NCBI GenBank assembly: GCA_047495785.1
Contig: JBLDXI010000032.1
Span: forward strand, 1,054,001 to 1,118,000
From: Lepidodermella squamata
Lineage: Eukaryota > Animalia > Gastrotricha
Direction of reading: 5' to 3'
Length of the DNA: 64,000 nucleotides
Part shown: piece after piece, positions 11,640 through 22,322 of the stretch
How positions within the stretch are numbered: position 1 is the stretch's first letter
Layout: each line of letters begins with the position of its first letter
Program-made: the position numbers and the translations under genes
Notes under the pieces: model-generated
Databases searched by the model: none
Told to the model about the DNA's origin: nothing
Seen by the model: the letters and a program-made list of their open reading frames with translations, nothing else

Positions 11640-13124
11640 ATGCTTCAATGGGGTCAATTTCTCATTGGCCTCTTGTTGAGTTTATTCACTGCAATCGCAC
11701 TCGCCGAGGATTTCGTCGCTGATTCAGCAATTTTATTAGGATGTAATACGAACAGCACATCTCCTTCATCGACACCTTTATCGTCAAATGACGCTAAAAT
11801 TTGTTTCTACACATTCAAACCCGATCCGATTCGTCGACATCTCAATTTCGTCCGCAATGACAGCAATTCGGTGGAAATGTTGCTATACCAACTTGCGCCG
11901 GGCGTTCGAGTTCGACTTTACGGCCTTCAGTCGTCGAAGCAGAAAACAGCCCAGGAGAAGGCGCAGGATAATTTCTATCCAATCAAAACTAGCCTGTTCG
12001 ATTCAAGCGTGAATTGCTCGTATTGGGACAACACCGAATCGAGTATCGAGTATCCGTGTTTTTTCTACCTTAAAGAAAGTTGGCTGGCGAAGTACAACGC
12101 GTTTAAACTGACGATCGAAGGCAATCAGACGAAATCGTGCTTCACTGGCAATATGCTGTATGCTCGATGGCGAAGCCGAGATTTCGCCATTGAAAAGTAC
12201 GTACTTTACTCAAGGTATCACGACTACAACTCGCTGAATTCTTGCCCGAATCATTTTCAATTCTACGAAACAACCCCGAGCCAGGGCGTCACTATGTGCC
12301 TTGACGATGTTATTGCGACTAATCAAATCAATAGAAAGTGCCCAGTTTTTGAGACAAATTCGAAATATCGTTACCCACCGACTGGCGAGGGGGGTAGCCT
12401 TCGCGAGATGTTGGGCGAATTTTGGTACACGGTTCTCGTCATTGGGGTATGCCTTGTTGTCTTGGCGATTTTGAGTATCAAATGCCGGGAGCGCCTGCCG
12501 TGTTTCGTGCGGAATCGACCGATTGCGGGCGCGGGCATGTATATGGCTACCCCACAGAGTGCTCCTATCTACCCGACTCAACCTATGATCCCGGTTGTTG
12601 GGGGTGCTCCGTATCCGCAAGTCGTTGGAGGACCACCTGGGGGTGCTCCCTACCCACCCGGTGCACCCGGTGCGCCCCCGTACCCACAGGGACCAGGCGG
12701 GGCTCCAGGTGCGCCTCCGTACCCACAGGGACCAGGTGGGGCGCCCTATCCTCCAGGAGGTGCTCCGTACCCCCAAGCACCCTACCCGGGTGCTCCCTAC
12801 CCACCTGGCCCGGGTGGGCCCGGTGGGTCGTACCCGTCGGCTCCTTACCCGACTTCAGGGCCAGTGCCTTATCCAAGCGGTCCTTACACGACAACTGGAA
12901 CAGCTACGCCGTCTGTCTACACCCCGCCAACCATGACTTCTCCGTATCCGCCGGCTCCGCCACCTGCTTACACCGCCACTGCCTCATCCGCGGAACAGGC
13001 GATGACAGCTTCTCAAGCACCGCCCATGTACTCACTGAACCCAGAATCTGCACCACTACTGCCATCTGCACCTCCGGCAAATACGACCACGGCCTCAAGC
13101 CCGCCATACCCGACCGGGCCGTGA
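11640..13124 (+). CDS. Array gene 7: family ectodomain, TM, long G/A/P/Y-repeat tail with PPxY and PSAP motifs
   Basis: SAILLGCN, VRVRLYGL, LFDSSVNC, EGNQTKSCFTGNMLYARW, MCLDD, KCPVF; TM FWYTVLVIGVCLVVLAILSI; tail with GAPYP repeats, PPPAY, PPMY and two PSAP. Confidence 0.9.
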   Translation: MLQWGQFLIGLLLSLFTAIALAEDFVADSAILLGCNTNSTSPSSTPLSSNDAKICFYTFKPDPIRRHLNFVRNDSNSVEMLLYQLAPGVRVRLYGLQSSKQKTAQEKAQDNFYPIKTSLFDSSVNCSYWDNTESSIEYPCFFYLKESWLAKYNAFKLTIEGNQTKSCFTGNMLYARWRSRDFAIEKYVLYSRYHDYNSLNSCPNHFQFYETTPSQGVTMCLDDVIATNQINRKCPVFETNSKYRYPPTGEGGSLREMLGEFWYTVLVIGVCLVVLAILSIKCRERLPCFVRNRPIAGAGMYMATPQSAPIYPTQPMIPVVGGAPYPQVVGGPPGGAPYPPGAPGAPPYPQGPGGAPGAPPYPQGPGGAPYPPGGAPYPQAPYPGAPYPPGPGGPGGSYPSAPYPTSGPVPYPSGPYTTTGTATPSVYTPPTMTSPYPPAPPPAYTATASSAEQAMTASQAPPMYSLNPESAPLLPSAPPANTTTASSPPYPTGP

Positions 13125-13414
13125 TCAGTGCCATGACGATTGCTTCTATTTACCGTAGTTTTTGCCGCTTCAATTTTAATTTTTTCTAGTATTCGCTTTT
13201 AATATTTTATTCAATCTCTATGAGAGCGATCGCTGTTGAAAAACTGTTCAAGTATTAAACCAAGTGTTGAACCATCATAATATGCATTTATCAATATCGT
13301 GCCGTTTTATTGTTACCTGGAACCCGCTGTGATATTAAAAAATTCGGGTCTAATTATTTGTTTGTATTTTTTTTTAGATTTTTATAAAATGAGTTGACAC
13401 CGTCATCTTGATCG

Positions 13415-14323
13415 ATGCTTTCGAATGCTCAATCGGCTCGATTTTTGTTGTTGATATCGTATGTTTTCTACTCATGTTCGAATGAAAAAATCGAAGCTAA
13501 TGAGGTGATACCTCGTGCGAAAAATTCTGTTTATCTCGGCTGCAACGGAGCAGGAAAGACGAGCGAAGTTTCGTGTTTTGGGATTATCGATTCAACCTCG
13601 TTAACGAGCCACTTACAGCCAATTCAATCAACTTCGACCATTTTCTTGCTTTCAAACAGCCTAGAAAGCGTTCGTGTACGTCTTTTCGGGTTGAACGAGT
13701 CAGAATTCGCGTCCAGTGATGCATTTCTTCAAGCTAGAACGGCCGAAGTAATATTTGACTCTGATTCTTGTAGCCTCAGGGCTAACACCTCGACCAACGC
13801 GGAAAAGTGCCGTTTTGAACTGGCTCGCATAAAGTACCACGTTTTCCCATATTTCGGCATATTTTTAAATGGTTCTCAAGCTGATTCTTGCCTCAGCAAT
13901 TACATGATAACAGCTCGTTGGCGAGGTGGAGATTTTTTGTTTGACATTCCTGATTCGAAATTCCAAAAATCTGAATCTTGTCAGCGAACTATTTTGTCGA
14001 AAAATAGTCTAAATATTTGCTTTGACGATTTGATCCAACTTAACAATGGCTCCAACAATTGCCCAAAATTTGAATTCGACGAAGATATTAAAGAGGAGAG
14101 CCACTGGCTGCTTCAAACTTTCGGCCCGGGTGGTTATCTAGTCGCTATAATCGTCTTTAATGTCATCTGGATTGGTTTAATTGGCGTCTTACGCAAATTC
14201 TGCGCAATTTTCTGCCGTGGTTGCTGTGCCTCGTGTGACCTATGTTGCTGTAAATCGAATCGACCGCCGCAAAATCTGCGTGAAAGTGAAGCGTTGTATT
14301 TGAACGAACCTAGTCACGCTTAG
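13415..14323 (+). CDS. Array gene 8: family ectodomain, TM, Cys-string tail
   Basis: NSVYLGCN, VRVRLFGL, IFDSDSC, NGSQADSCLSNYMITARW, ICFDDL, NCPKF; tail FCAIFCRGCCASCDLCCCK. Confidence 0.9.
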   Translation: MLSNAQSARFLLLISYVFYSCSNEKIEANEVIPRAKNSVYLGCNGAGKTSEVSCFGIIDSTSLTSHLQPIQSTSTIFLLSNSLESVRVRLFGLNESEFASSDAFLQARTAEVIFDSDSCSLRANTSTNAEKCRFELARIKYHVFPYFGIFLNGSQADSCLSNYMITARWRGGDFLFDIPDSKFQKSESCQRTILSKNSLNICFDDLIQLNNGSNNCPKFEFDEDIKEESHWLLQTFGPGGYLVAIIVFNVIWIGLIGVLRKFCAIFCRGCCASCDLCCCKSNRPPQNLRESEALYLNEPSHA

Positions 14324-14681
14324 TCTTATTCTACGACCATGATGTAGTATTTTCCAGTCTATCGAAAAATCTCTTGTTGCTGATCTGTGATTGTTTATTT
14401 TTGGCCTAGATTTTAGTTCTGACCTATTTTTTAACGAGTTTCGCATGCAAAATTTGACGTTGTACTTCGATGCAGAATATAAATATGGTGCAATCAACAA
14501 TTTCTCATTTATTTTTAGGATTATTAAAATCATTTTTTTCTCCCCCGATTTGATGGATTTCATCGGCTATTTTTCCACCGTTTCAACCTCCTCAATTTCA
14601 GGGTAAAATTAGTTTGGTCAAAAAGCTTCAGTTTTGTACCTCTATTGAGTTTTATTCATCATTTTGTTAGAAGTAGACGTT

Positions 14682-15644
14682 ATGTTGATTTGTTTTGGTT
14701 TAATTAAAAGGGCTCTGGTTATCAATTTAGCCTGGAATTTGCTCATTTCGATTGCTGATTTTCATGTTTATAGCTTCGATGTTCCTTTGGCTAATAGTAC
14801 CATATTTTTGGGTTGCAGCGACCCGAATCACGACTCTTGCTATTCAGTAGTCACTAAACAGGATATTGTAAGGTACCTAATCCCGAAAAAACTAGATTCA
14901 CCCCTGTTTGAGATCAACAATTTGCTGACTGAGGACATTTTTCGGGTCAGGCTGTACGCTTTAGTACCCGGAACTTACTTCAAGACTAAAGGCACCCTCT
15001 CTGAAATCGTGACCTCCTGGAATAAACACGGCACATTTTTATTTGACTCCGATTTCGCTTGCAAAGACGAAATTCGACTAAGAAAACCGTGCCTCCTTAA
15101 CGCTCGAGATTATTTTCAAATGCACGACGCATTCGGCTTGATCATCGAAGGCCCCCAGTCTTATACTTGCATACCTGGGTACTTGCTCATGGTTGGATGG
15201 CTTGATTCTGACTTCGACTTCGGAGAGCCATTATATTCGAAATCTGCCTCTTGCCGACGCTTTGTGGGTGATGCCCGGGATCCTACTAGTCAGTCTGTTA
15301 CTGGTTGCTTCGATGATTTGTTGCCCAGTGCCGAAAAATGCCCGAAATTCGGGCCGTTTGAATGTAATCCCGGGCCTCATCGGGAAGGTTTGCTAGATGT
15401 TGAAACAGATTCGAAGGCGTCCGACTGGCGAGATGTTGCTATACCTGTATTCGGCGTTGTCATTTCGGTTATATCGCTCATTATTTGCATAGTTGTGCTA
15501 TATTTGATGCGAAAGCGGATTAAGGACGACTGCGTAGCTTGTATGTCGAAGTGCTGCTGGAAAAATAAGCCTGAGACCAGATCTGATGATGAAACCGAAT
15601 TTCATGAAATGAAAGAGCTTCCGCTTGCAAATGATACTGACTGA
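14682..15644 (+). CDS. Array gene 9: family ectodomain, TM, Cys-rich tail
   Basis: ATG 14682; TIFLGCS, RVRLYAL, LFDSDFAC, EGPQSYTCIPGYLLMVGW, GCFDDL, KCPKF; tail DCVACMSKCCW. Confidence 0.9.
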   Translation: MLICFGLIKRALVINLAWNLLISIADFHVYSFDVPLANSTIFLGCSDPNHDSCYSVVTKQDIVRYLIPKKLDSPLFEINNLLTEDIFRVRLYALVPGTYFKTKGTLSEIVTSWNKHGTFLFDSDFACKDEIRLRKPCLLNARDYFQMHDAFGLIIEGPQSYTCIPGYLLMVGWLDSDFDFGEPLYSKSASCRRFVGDARDPTSQSVTGCFDDLLPSAEKCPKFGPFECNPGPHREGLLDVETDSKASDWRDVAIPVFGVVISVISLIICIVVLYLMRKRIKDDCVACMSKCCWKNKPETRSDDETEFHEMKELPLANDTD

Positions 15645-15980
15645 ACGATCTAATCAAAAAGGGTGCTAACTTATCATTTCTATTACCATTTTTTGGAGTG
15701 TTGAGTAAATAGTAAGATTTTGCATATTTAAATATATTTTAGACACATTTTATTAGTATTAATTGCCAAATACTATCAAATTATTTTAAGCAAGTAAGAT
15801 TTAACCAGCCTATAATAGAAAGCTTGCGCAACTAATGAACTAAATTTAGATTATTCATCTTAAAGTATGAGAAAAAGCTTGAGTTCGAGTTTGATTGCTT
15901 GCGGATTGCCTGCCTTGTTTCAATTTGGCTTGCAAATGTCATTTTTCATTTTCAGAAATGTAGGCGTTTAAACTTGATTG

Positions 15981-16991
15981 ATGAGAAAATTTGGGGCAAT
16001 CCTCCTTTGCCAATTAATTTGGGCAATTCTTGCCAACTTAACACAGGCTGTCGATTCTTCAACAACATCGCCTTCCAATGCTGAGAATAGACCGAATAGC
16101 GTATTCCTAGGCTGTTCTGTTACCAGCAATGAATCTTCCTGTTATACAGTTATTCACCGTCGTCATCTCGTCAAATATTTCAATCAAATGAAACTCGACT
16201 CGCCAATGCTAGAGCTGAACTCCTTGTTGATTAAAGGCAGTGTTCAGGTCAGACTATTCGGCTTCGAACGTGATTCGACGTTCGATACAGCCGGGTCGGC
16301 TGTTTCGATTTTCGAGGCGTGGAAAAAACAAGGCGCTTTCCTTTTCGACTCTGATTTCGCGTGCCGTGAAGAAGGCCGGTCGGGCAAGGCGCATCTCGCT
16401 GTCTTTCAAACAAGTGATGAATACCGCGAATCTCGCCCATGTCTATTGAATGCTCGCAATTATTTCAACTCATTTCTAGCTTTTGGCTTAATAATGAACG
16501 GATCTCAAGAAAATTCATGCTTACCGGGCTATATGGTCATGGCTCAATGGCTGGGCCAAGATTTCAGATTCTCATCTCCTCCTTACTCGAATTTCAGGTC
16601 TTGCAGCAAATTTTTAGGCGAAATCTGGTCGAATAGTTCTATTCACGCCTGTTTTGATAATTTGTTACCTCAGGGTCGAAATTGTCCGAATTTCCAACCT
16701 TTCACCCGCTATTTCCAATCACATCGTAAAAATATGATTGACGCTTATTTTACTACGCCAAAGTATGACCCAATTTTCGACACATTTGGGCCGATACTCG
16801 GCGGAATAATAATGCTAATTATGGTAGTTGTTGGTTTCATTGTTATGATAGTATTTCGAATAGCCATTGTCATTTGTTGCCAAGCATGTATTGCGGCCTG
16901 TTGCGCTGCATTTTGCGGTAGGAGTGAACCTAGGGCTGATCCTGAAATAGTCGCTGAAATGGAACGAATGACCGCTGAACCACGTATTTAA
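15981..16991 (+). CDS. Array gene 10: family ectodomain, TM, Cys-string + RADPE tail
   Basis: ATG 15981; SVFLGCS, VQVRLFGF, LFDSDFAC, NGSQENSCLPGYMVMAQW, ACFDNL; tail CCQACIAACCAAFCG...RADPEI. Confidence 0.9.
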   Translation: MRKFGAILLCQLIWAILANLTQAVDSSTTSPSNAENRPNSVFLGCSVTSNESSCYTVIHRRHLVKYFNQMKLDSPMLELNSLLIKGSVQVRLFGFERDSTFDTAGSAVSIFEAWKKQGAFLFDSDFACREEGRSGKAHLAVFQTSDEYRESRPCLLNARNYFNSFLAFGLIMNGSQENSCLPGYMVMAQWLGQDFRFSSPPYSNFRSCSKFLGEIWSNSSIHACFDNLLPQGRNCPNFQPFTRYFQSHRKNMIDAYFTTPKYDPIFDTFGPILGGIIMLIMVVVGFIVMIVFRIAIVICCQACIAACCAAFCGRSEPRADPEIVAEMERMTAEPRI

Positions 16992-17248
16992 AATTTCGAA
17001 ATAATTTTTTCATTTTAGTTTCTTACTGCCAAATGTTTTCTTCCTATCGTTTTTCATTTAAAATAAAAACGAATTTTCTAGAGGATTTTTTCTAATTTTT
17101 TAGGATTTTTCAAAAAATTATATTATAAAAACCTTTGATCACATCGGATTTACAAGTGCGTTGCTTGGTTCGATTTTTGTGAATATTCCTAATTAGATTC
17201 ATATATTTATCCTGAGCATTTATCGTATAGAGTTTTAAAAATGTTGTG

Positions 17249-18151
17249 ATGAAACTTGGCTCCGTGCGACTTTGTTTGTCGCTAGATTTCCTCATAATTC
17301 TAGTCGATTCGCTATTCAAAAATGCTGATGCCTCCGCACCGAACACAGTATTTATAGGATGCGAAAATTCCAGTCAGTGTTATTCGGTTATTTCGGCTAG
17401 TCTTCTGAACAAATATTTTCGGACCAACAAAACAAACTCGCTGCAACTTAATTCTCTGTTGACTAACGGCAATGTTCAAGTTTGGCTGTTCGGTTTCGAC
17501 CGCGATAGCGACTTCAAAACTTCAGGACCAGCGGCTGACGTATTCACAAATTGGCTGGCAAATGGGAAATTCCTGTTCGATTCAGATTACGCCTGCCGTG
17601 AGGACCAAACTTCAGCCAAATCGTTATTGAGCTCAGATAATAGCTATCGAAAGTCTCGTCCTTGCTTATTCAATACTCGTAACTACACTCATAGATACGA
17701 AAATCTCGGTCTTATGATAAATGGCTCTCAAATTAACTCTTGTCTACCGGGTTTCATGTTCATGGCGAGGTGGTTGAGCTCCGATTTTGTGTTTCTCGAT
17801 CCACCTTACTCCAAAACCGAAAATTGCCAAAAATCCACTGGTCACTTTCTGACCCTTTGTTTCGATAATTTGTTATTAGATGCTAGTCACTGTTCGAAAT
17901 TCGAGCCGTTTGTTGGCTATTCTGAAAATCATCGATCTGATTTGGAGGATGCTGATGTCGGCTTATATCAAGAAGATACGTCCCTGGTTTGGAAAGTCCT
18001 AGTCGCGTTGTTTCTAGTGATTTTTATAATTATTATTATCGACGTTATTTTTCGAGCCGCTATAAGGAATGGTTGCCAGTCGCTTTGCGCGGCTTGCAGT
18101 TCCAATTCTGCTTCCGGTGATTCGGAAATGGCGATGACCTTGAACGTATAA
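17249..18151 (+). CDS. Array gene 11: family ectodomain, TM, Cys tail
   Basis: ATG 17249; TVFIGCE, VQVWLFGF, LFDSDYAC, NGSQINSCLPGFMFMARW, LCFDNL; tail GCQSLCAAC. Confidence 0.9.
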   Translation: MKLGSVRLCLSLDFLIILVDSLFKNADASAPNTVFIGCENSSQCYSVISASLLNKYFRTNKTNSLQLNSLLTNGNVQVWLFGFDRDSDFKTSGPAADVFTNWLANGKFLFDSDYACREDQTSAKSLLSSDNSYRKSRPCLFNTRNYTHRYENLGLMINGSQINSCLPGFMFMARWLSSDFVFLDPPYSKTENCQKSTGHFLTLCFDNLLLDASHCSKFEPFVGYSENHRSDLEDADVGLYQEDTSLVWKVLVALFLVIFIIIIIDVIFRAAIRNGCQSLCAACSSNSASGDSEMAMTLNV

Positions 18152-18819
18152 ACCTACTACATACTCCTGACGTGTTTATTTCTGACCGGTTTTTCTATAT
18201 GCAATCAATTGCCTCCAACTTGCCTTCGAGTTGTTTCTCATATTTTTTGAACCGAAATTTTTATTTCTCTATGTAATAAATGATATTTTTCATATTTTAT
18301 ATAAAAGAGTGATCATTTCTAATTTTAGGTATTTTTCTAAATTAATGACTATGCAAATCCAGCGATTGTGACAAAATATGTAGGGTTTGTTGTCGCAATT
18401 TTATTTCGGATCAGAAAATATCTTAAAAGCACGGCGTGAATTTTGTTCCCTTAGTCTTTCAAACTAACGCGATTAATCTTGAAAGCTCCTGCTTTATCCT
18501 TTCGGTTTTTTTTACATATCCATCGTAATAGCATGGGCTGTCAGAAAAGCAAAAAATGAATGTTTTCATAGTAAGGGAATACCTGCTCTCATAAATAACT
18601 GTAGTACATTACTAAGAACTAAGAAGTTTGGGTATCAATTTTTGGCATGTAAACAAAGCGGTGTGGTTTTTCCTATTCTGTTTGCAAGCTTTAATTTCTT
18701 TTTTCTTTTTAATAGTTGTTTATTTCATTGAAGTTTACTCCGACCTGTGGTTTTAACCTCAGCTGGCCGATGTCTTACTTTCGAATTTTGTCTCAAATTA
18801 GCTGACGAAAAATGCAGAA

Positions 18820-19087
18820 ATGCCGTTTTTCATGTTGTTCCTGATTTCGGCTCTCCAGCTTTCAAAAACAACCATTTCAAGCGAAATCGAAGCTAATAAT
18901 ACGACTCCAGGCCCCTACGGTAATTTCCGCGACGTGACATCAATCACCACTGCCTTTTTAGGCTGTGAATCTGCTACGGGGAACGCTTCTTGCTTCACGA
19001 TTATCGACAAAGAAAAATTGCTGGCTGAATTTAGCCAAGGAGATCCTAACCGCAAAAATGAGGTGTTTAAAGTTTAATTCTCTCTGA
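18820..19087 (+). pseudogene. Truncated, frameshifted array paralog (N-terminal 85 aa only)
   Basis: TTAFLGCESATGNASCFTIIDK..LL..F.QGDPNRKNEVF matches the start of the 20725 gene. A frameshift follows (GTG TTT AAA GTT TAA versus paralog VFQLNSL), and homology ends. Confidence 0.8.
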
Positions 19088-19184
19088 TTGAAGTAGGGCT
19101 TTTAAATTTATTGGCATGGCCAGCATGTTTAATCGCAATCCACCGAGGTGATTTGATTCGCATCTGCTGCCAAAATCTGTGAGC

Positions 19185-20204
19185 ATGTCCTATTTGATAC
19201 TGCTGCTATTTCCGACCTTCCTATTATGGAGGATGGTCTATTCCATTAGTAACGAAGCTGATGGCACGACTAAAAGCTCCTTCGTAAAATACTCGGACAC
19301 CACAGCATTTTTAGGCTGTGAATTCGCAGGGGATAGCGCTTCTTGCTTCACAGTTATCGATAAGGCAACACTGCTGGATAGATTCCGTAAAGAATCTCCT
19401 GAGAAAACTTACGAAGTGTTCCAGCTCAATTCCCTCCTACCACAAAGCAGCAACCTTCGCGTTCGGCTTTACGGGTTTAGAGAAAACGGCCATTCTCCTA
19501 AATCGAAAACTTATGAGGACGGCGTAAAATATTTTCAAAATCAAGGCGTTTTCCTCTTCGATTCTGATTACGCTTGCCTGCCAAACCCATTTACAAAATC
19601 GAATCTCACCCAAGGGTTGCCTTGTATGGTCACTATCCGAGAGTATCTTACATGGGACACGTTCCAAGCATTTGCCCTAGCTGTTGAGGGCTCTCAGTCG
19701 AAATCTTGCATTCCCGGCTATATGGTAATGGTCAGGTGGATAAGACGCGATTTCAGTGTTACTCCTTCTCTTACGCTTAATAAGGATCCTGGGTGTTCTG
19801 CTTGTGTTTTTGACGATAGTAATCCGTTATCGATTCGCGCGTGTTTGGACGATTTGTTGGGTAGCTACAAAGATTCTTGTCCGAGTTATGGTCGATTCGA
19901 AAGTTACCCCGAGGAATATCGGAAGTATTTGAGAGACACCCCTAAGTCAGTAAATTGGCTCCACGATCAGATGGGCTCTACATGGTACATTATATTCATC
20001 ATTGCTGCGAATATTATTCTGCTGATTGTTGGAGTTGTCTTTAGAGTTTCACTTGTTGCCTTATGCCGAGTTTGTTGTGCTGCTTGTTGCGCGTCTTGTC
20101 GGCGAAATGCAGCTGATAATCAACGGGCTGATCCTGAAATAGCCGCTGCTATGCAGTTGATGAATGAACCGAGAGCTGATCCTCAAAGGGCGCAAAATTC
20201 CTGA
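19185..20204 (+). CDS. Array gene 12: family ectodomain, TM, Cys-string + two RADP motifs in tail
   Basis: ATG 19185; TTAFLGCE, LRVRLYGF, LFDSDYAC, EGSQSKSCIPGYMVMVRW, ACLDDL, SCPSY; tail CRVCCAACCASC...RADPEI...RADPQ. Confidence 0.9.
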   Translation: MSYLILLLFPTFLLWRMVYSISNEADGTTKSSFVKYSDTTAFLGCEFAGDSASCFTVIDKATLLDRFRKESPEKTYEVFQLNSLLPQSSNLRVRLYGFRENGHSPKSKTYEDGVKYFQNQGVFLFDSDYACLPNPFTKSNLTQGLPCMVTIREYLTWDTFQAFALAVEGSQSKSCIPGYMVMVRWIRRDFSVTPSLTLNKDPGCSACVFDDSNPLSIRACLDDLLGSYKDSCPSYGRFESYPEEYRKYLRDTPKSVNWLHDQMGSTWYIIFIIAANIILLIVGVVFRVSLVALCRVCCAACCASCRRNAADNQRADPEIAAAMQLMNEPRADPQRAQNS

Positions 20205-20724
20205 TGCAAAAACCACCGCTTACAAATGGAAATCGAAGTTCTCAAGTTCTGAATCTCGAATCCTTATTATTTCTTCTTGAAAAGCGAGAAACTTATGGGG
20301 CCAACAACTGTTTGATATTGCTGTCTTGGAAATATCGCAGAATTATGCCGACTTTGGGTATTCCTATTTTTACACTGCCATCCTTCGAAATATTGCTGTT
20401 GACTCATTTTTTGCTGGGTTTTTTTTTAATTTATTGATTTTACAAAAAATGTTATTATTTTCGATTGACTTCCAACCACCGAATGGCTATAATTGATTAA
20501 AGGGCTTTATATAAATTAATTATTTTTCACTGTTTAGGAGTATTTAATTTTGAACAAAACCATGTCGACAAGTTGAATTCCTATATCAGGTAAACGGTTT
20601 GCTGTAATTTTCAACTTGGTCCGCAATATTTTCTACTATTTCTAGAAGGCCTTTGGCAAGGATTAGAGTTATCGATAGATGAATTCCATAATTTGATTCG
20701 ATTCTGCTGAAAAAATCTGTAAAG

Positions 20725-21753
20725 ATGTCCTATTTCATTCTGCTGTTATTTTCGACTTCACAACTGTCGAAAATCGTTCTTACTAGCGATATCGAAGCTA
20801 ACGCTTCTACAACTAATTCTTATTCAAAACATTATCAGCTATCAGTACTCAACACAGCGTTTTTAGGCTGCAAATCGGCGGGAGAAAACGCGTCCTGCTT
20901 CACCGTCATCGATAAAGCTACGCTGTTGGATAATTTTAGGCAAGGAGATCCTTACCGCAGAAATGAGGTGTTTCAGCTCAACTCCCTCCTACCTCAAAGC
21001 AGCAACCTTCGCGTTCGGCTGTACGGCTTCACAAAAACCGGCCATTCCCTCGGTTCGAAATCGTTCGAGGAGGGCATTCAATATTTTGCTGATAAGGCCT
21101 ATTTCCTTTTCGATTCTGACCACGCTTGTCAGCGGAAAGAGCTCGGGAGGTCTTTATTTACTCTTGATTCAAAGTGTCTAGTTACAATTCGCGACTATCT
21201 CTATAAAGATATCTACAAATCTTTCGCCTTAGCTATTGAGGGCGCTCAGTCGAAATCATGCATTCCTGGCTATATGATAATGGTCAGGTGGAAGCAGTAC
21301 GAATTCACCGTTAGCTCATCTCTCAACTTCAGCAAAGACGCGACGTGTTCTGTTGGCGTTTCTGACGACAGTAATCCGGTGTCGATTCGCGCCTGTTTCG
21401 ATGATCTACTGGAAAATAACAAAAATTCGTGCCCTAGTTACGGTCAATTTGTCGACTACCCTAAGGACTACCGCAAAAATTTGCTAGACATACCTGGGAC
21501 GGGAGATGCGCTCTACGACAAAGTAGGTCCTGTATGGTATATTATTGTCATTGTTGTCGCAAATGTTCTCTTGCTGATTTGCGGAGCTGTGTTTCGAGTT
21601 GCTCTTATTGCCTGCTGTCAACTGTGTTGTGCTGCTTGTTGTGCGGCTTGTGGGCGAAGTACGGGGGAACAACGGGCTGATCCTGAATTAGCGGCTACTA
21701 TGCAACGATTGAATGAACCTCAAATGGCGCATCAAATGCAGCAAATGGCGTAA
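20725..21753 (+). CDS. Array gene 13: close paralog of gene 12, Cys-string + RADPE tail
   Basis: Long blocks identical to the 19185 gene (ASCFTVIDKATLLD, EVFQLNSLLPQSSNLRVRLYGF, QSKSCIPGYM); tail CCQLCCAACCAAC. Confidence 0.9.
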   Translation: MSYFILLLFSTSQLSKIVLTSDIEANASTTNSYSKHYQLSVLNTAFLGCKSAGENASCFTVIDKATLLDNFRQGDPYRRNEVFQLNSLLPQSSNLRVRLYGFTKTGHSLGSKSFEEGIQYFADKAYFLFDSDHACQRKELGRSLFTLDSKCLVTIRDYLYKDIYKSFALAIEGAQSKSCIPGYMIMVRWKQYEFTVSSSLNFSKDATCSVGVSDDSNPVSIRACFDDLLENNKNSCPSYGQFVDYPKDYRKNLLDIPGTGDALYDKVGPVWYIIVIVVANVLLLICGAVFRVALIACCQLCCAACCAACGRSTGEQRADPELAATMQRLNEPQMAHQMQQMA

Positions 21754-22322
21754 AATTACGCATTGAAAAGTGGGTTGTCTAGAATCTTCAAATTCAAGTA
21801 GTATTCGCCAATCTTGTTTTTAATGTTTGCGAGTAGTCCTCAAATTTCAGCGTAGTCACTCAATTTGAATTGCCATTGGTCAAATTCAAAACCTGTAATA
21901 TTGAAACTTTTCTGTTTTTTTTACCCCGGTTCTTGAAATTCTCATAATCTAGTCATGCATATTGTTTTTATAAATGTCTTTGACTTCCGGTATCTTCGCA
22001 AGTTTGATATTGCTTTTGAGTTTTTCGCCCTAGTCGTTATTTTGCCGAATTTGATAATCTATTATTTTATGCCGAATTTAAACCAATCGATTTGACTTCC
22101 ATGAATCTCACGGCGATTGGCTATAAAAGAGCTTTATATTTCATCATATTGTCATTTTATAATTTTTAGGTTTAATTTTAAAGCTTGTGAAATTTTCAAT
22201 CGTGCTGCACTTTGTTGGTCGCGATCGAATTCCTTTGTATCGATTCCTATTCATGACCTTTAACAAGTTTTATTTATTTTTTTCAAATAGATTTAATTAT
22301 TACCCTGTAATTGTTCGCAAAA

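Noticed and set aside
12600-12890. Collagen-like repeat in gene 7
   Set aside because: There is no sustained Gly-X-Y periodicity, and the segment is Tyr-rich and lies on the cytoplasmic side of the TM.
12210-13189. Long overlapping ORFs in other frames (12422-13189 +, 12210-12776 -)
   Set aside because: These are shadows of the GC-rich Pro/Gly repeat with no independent features.
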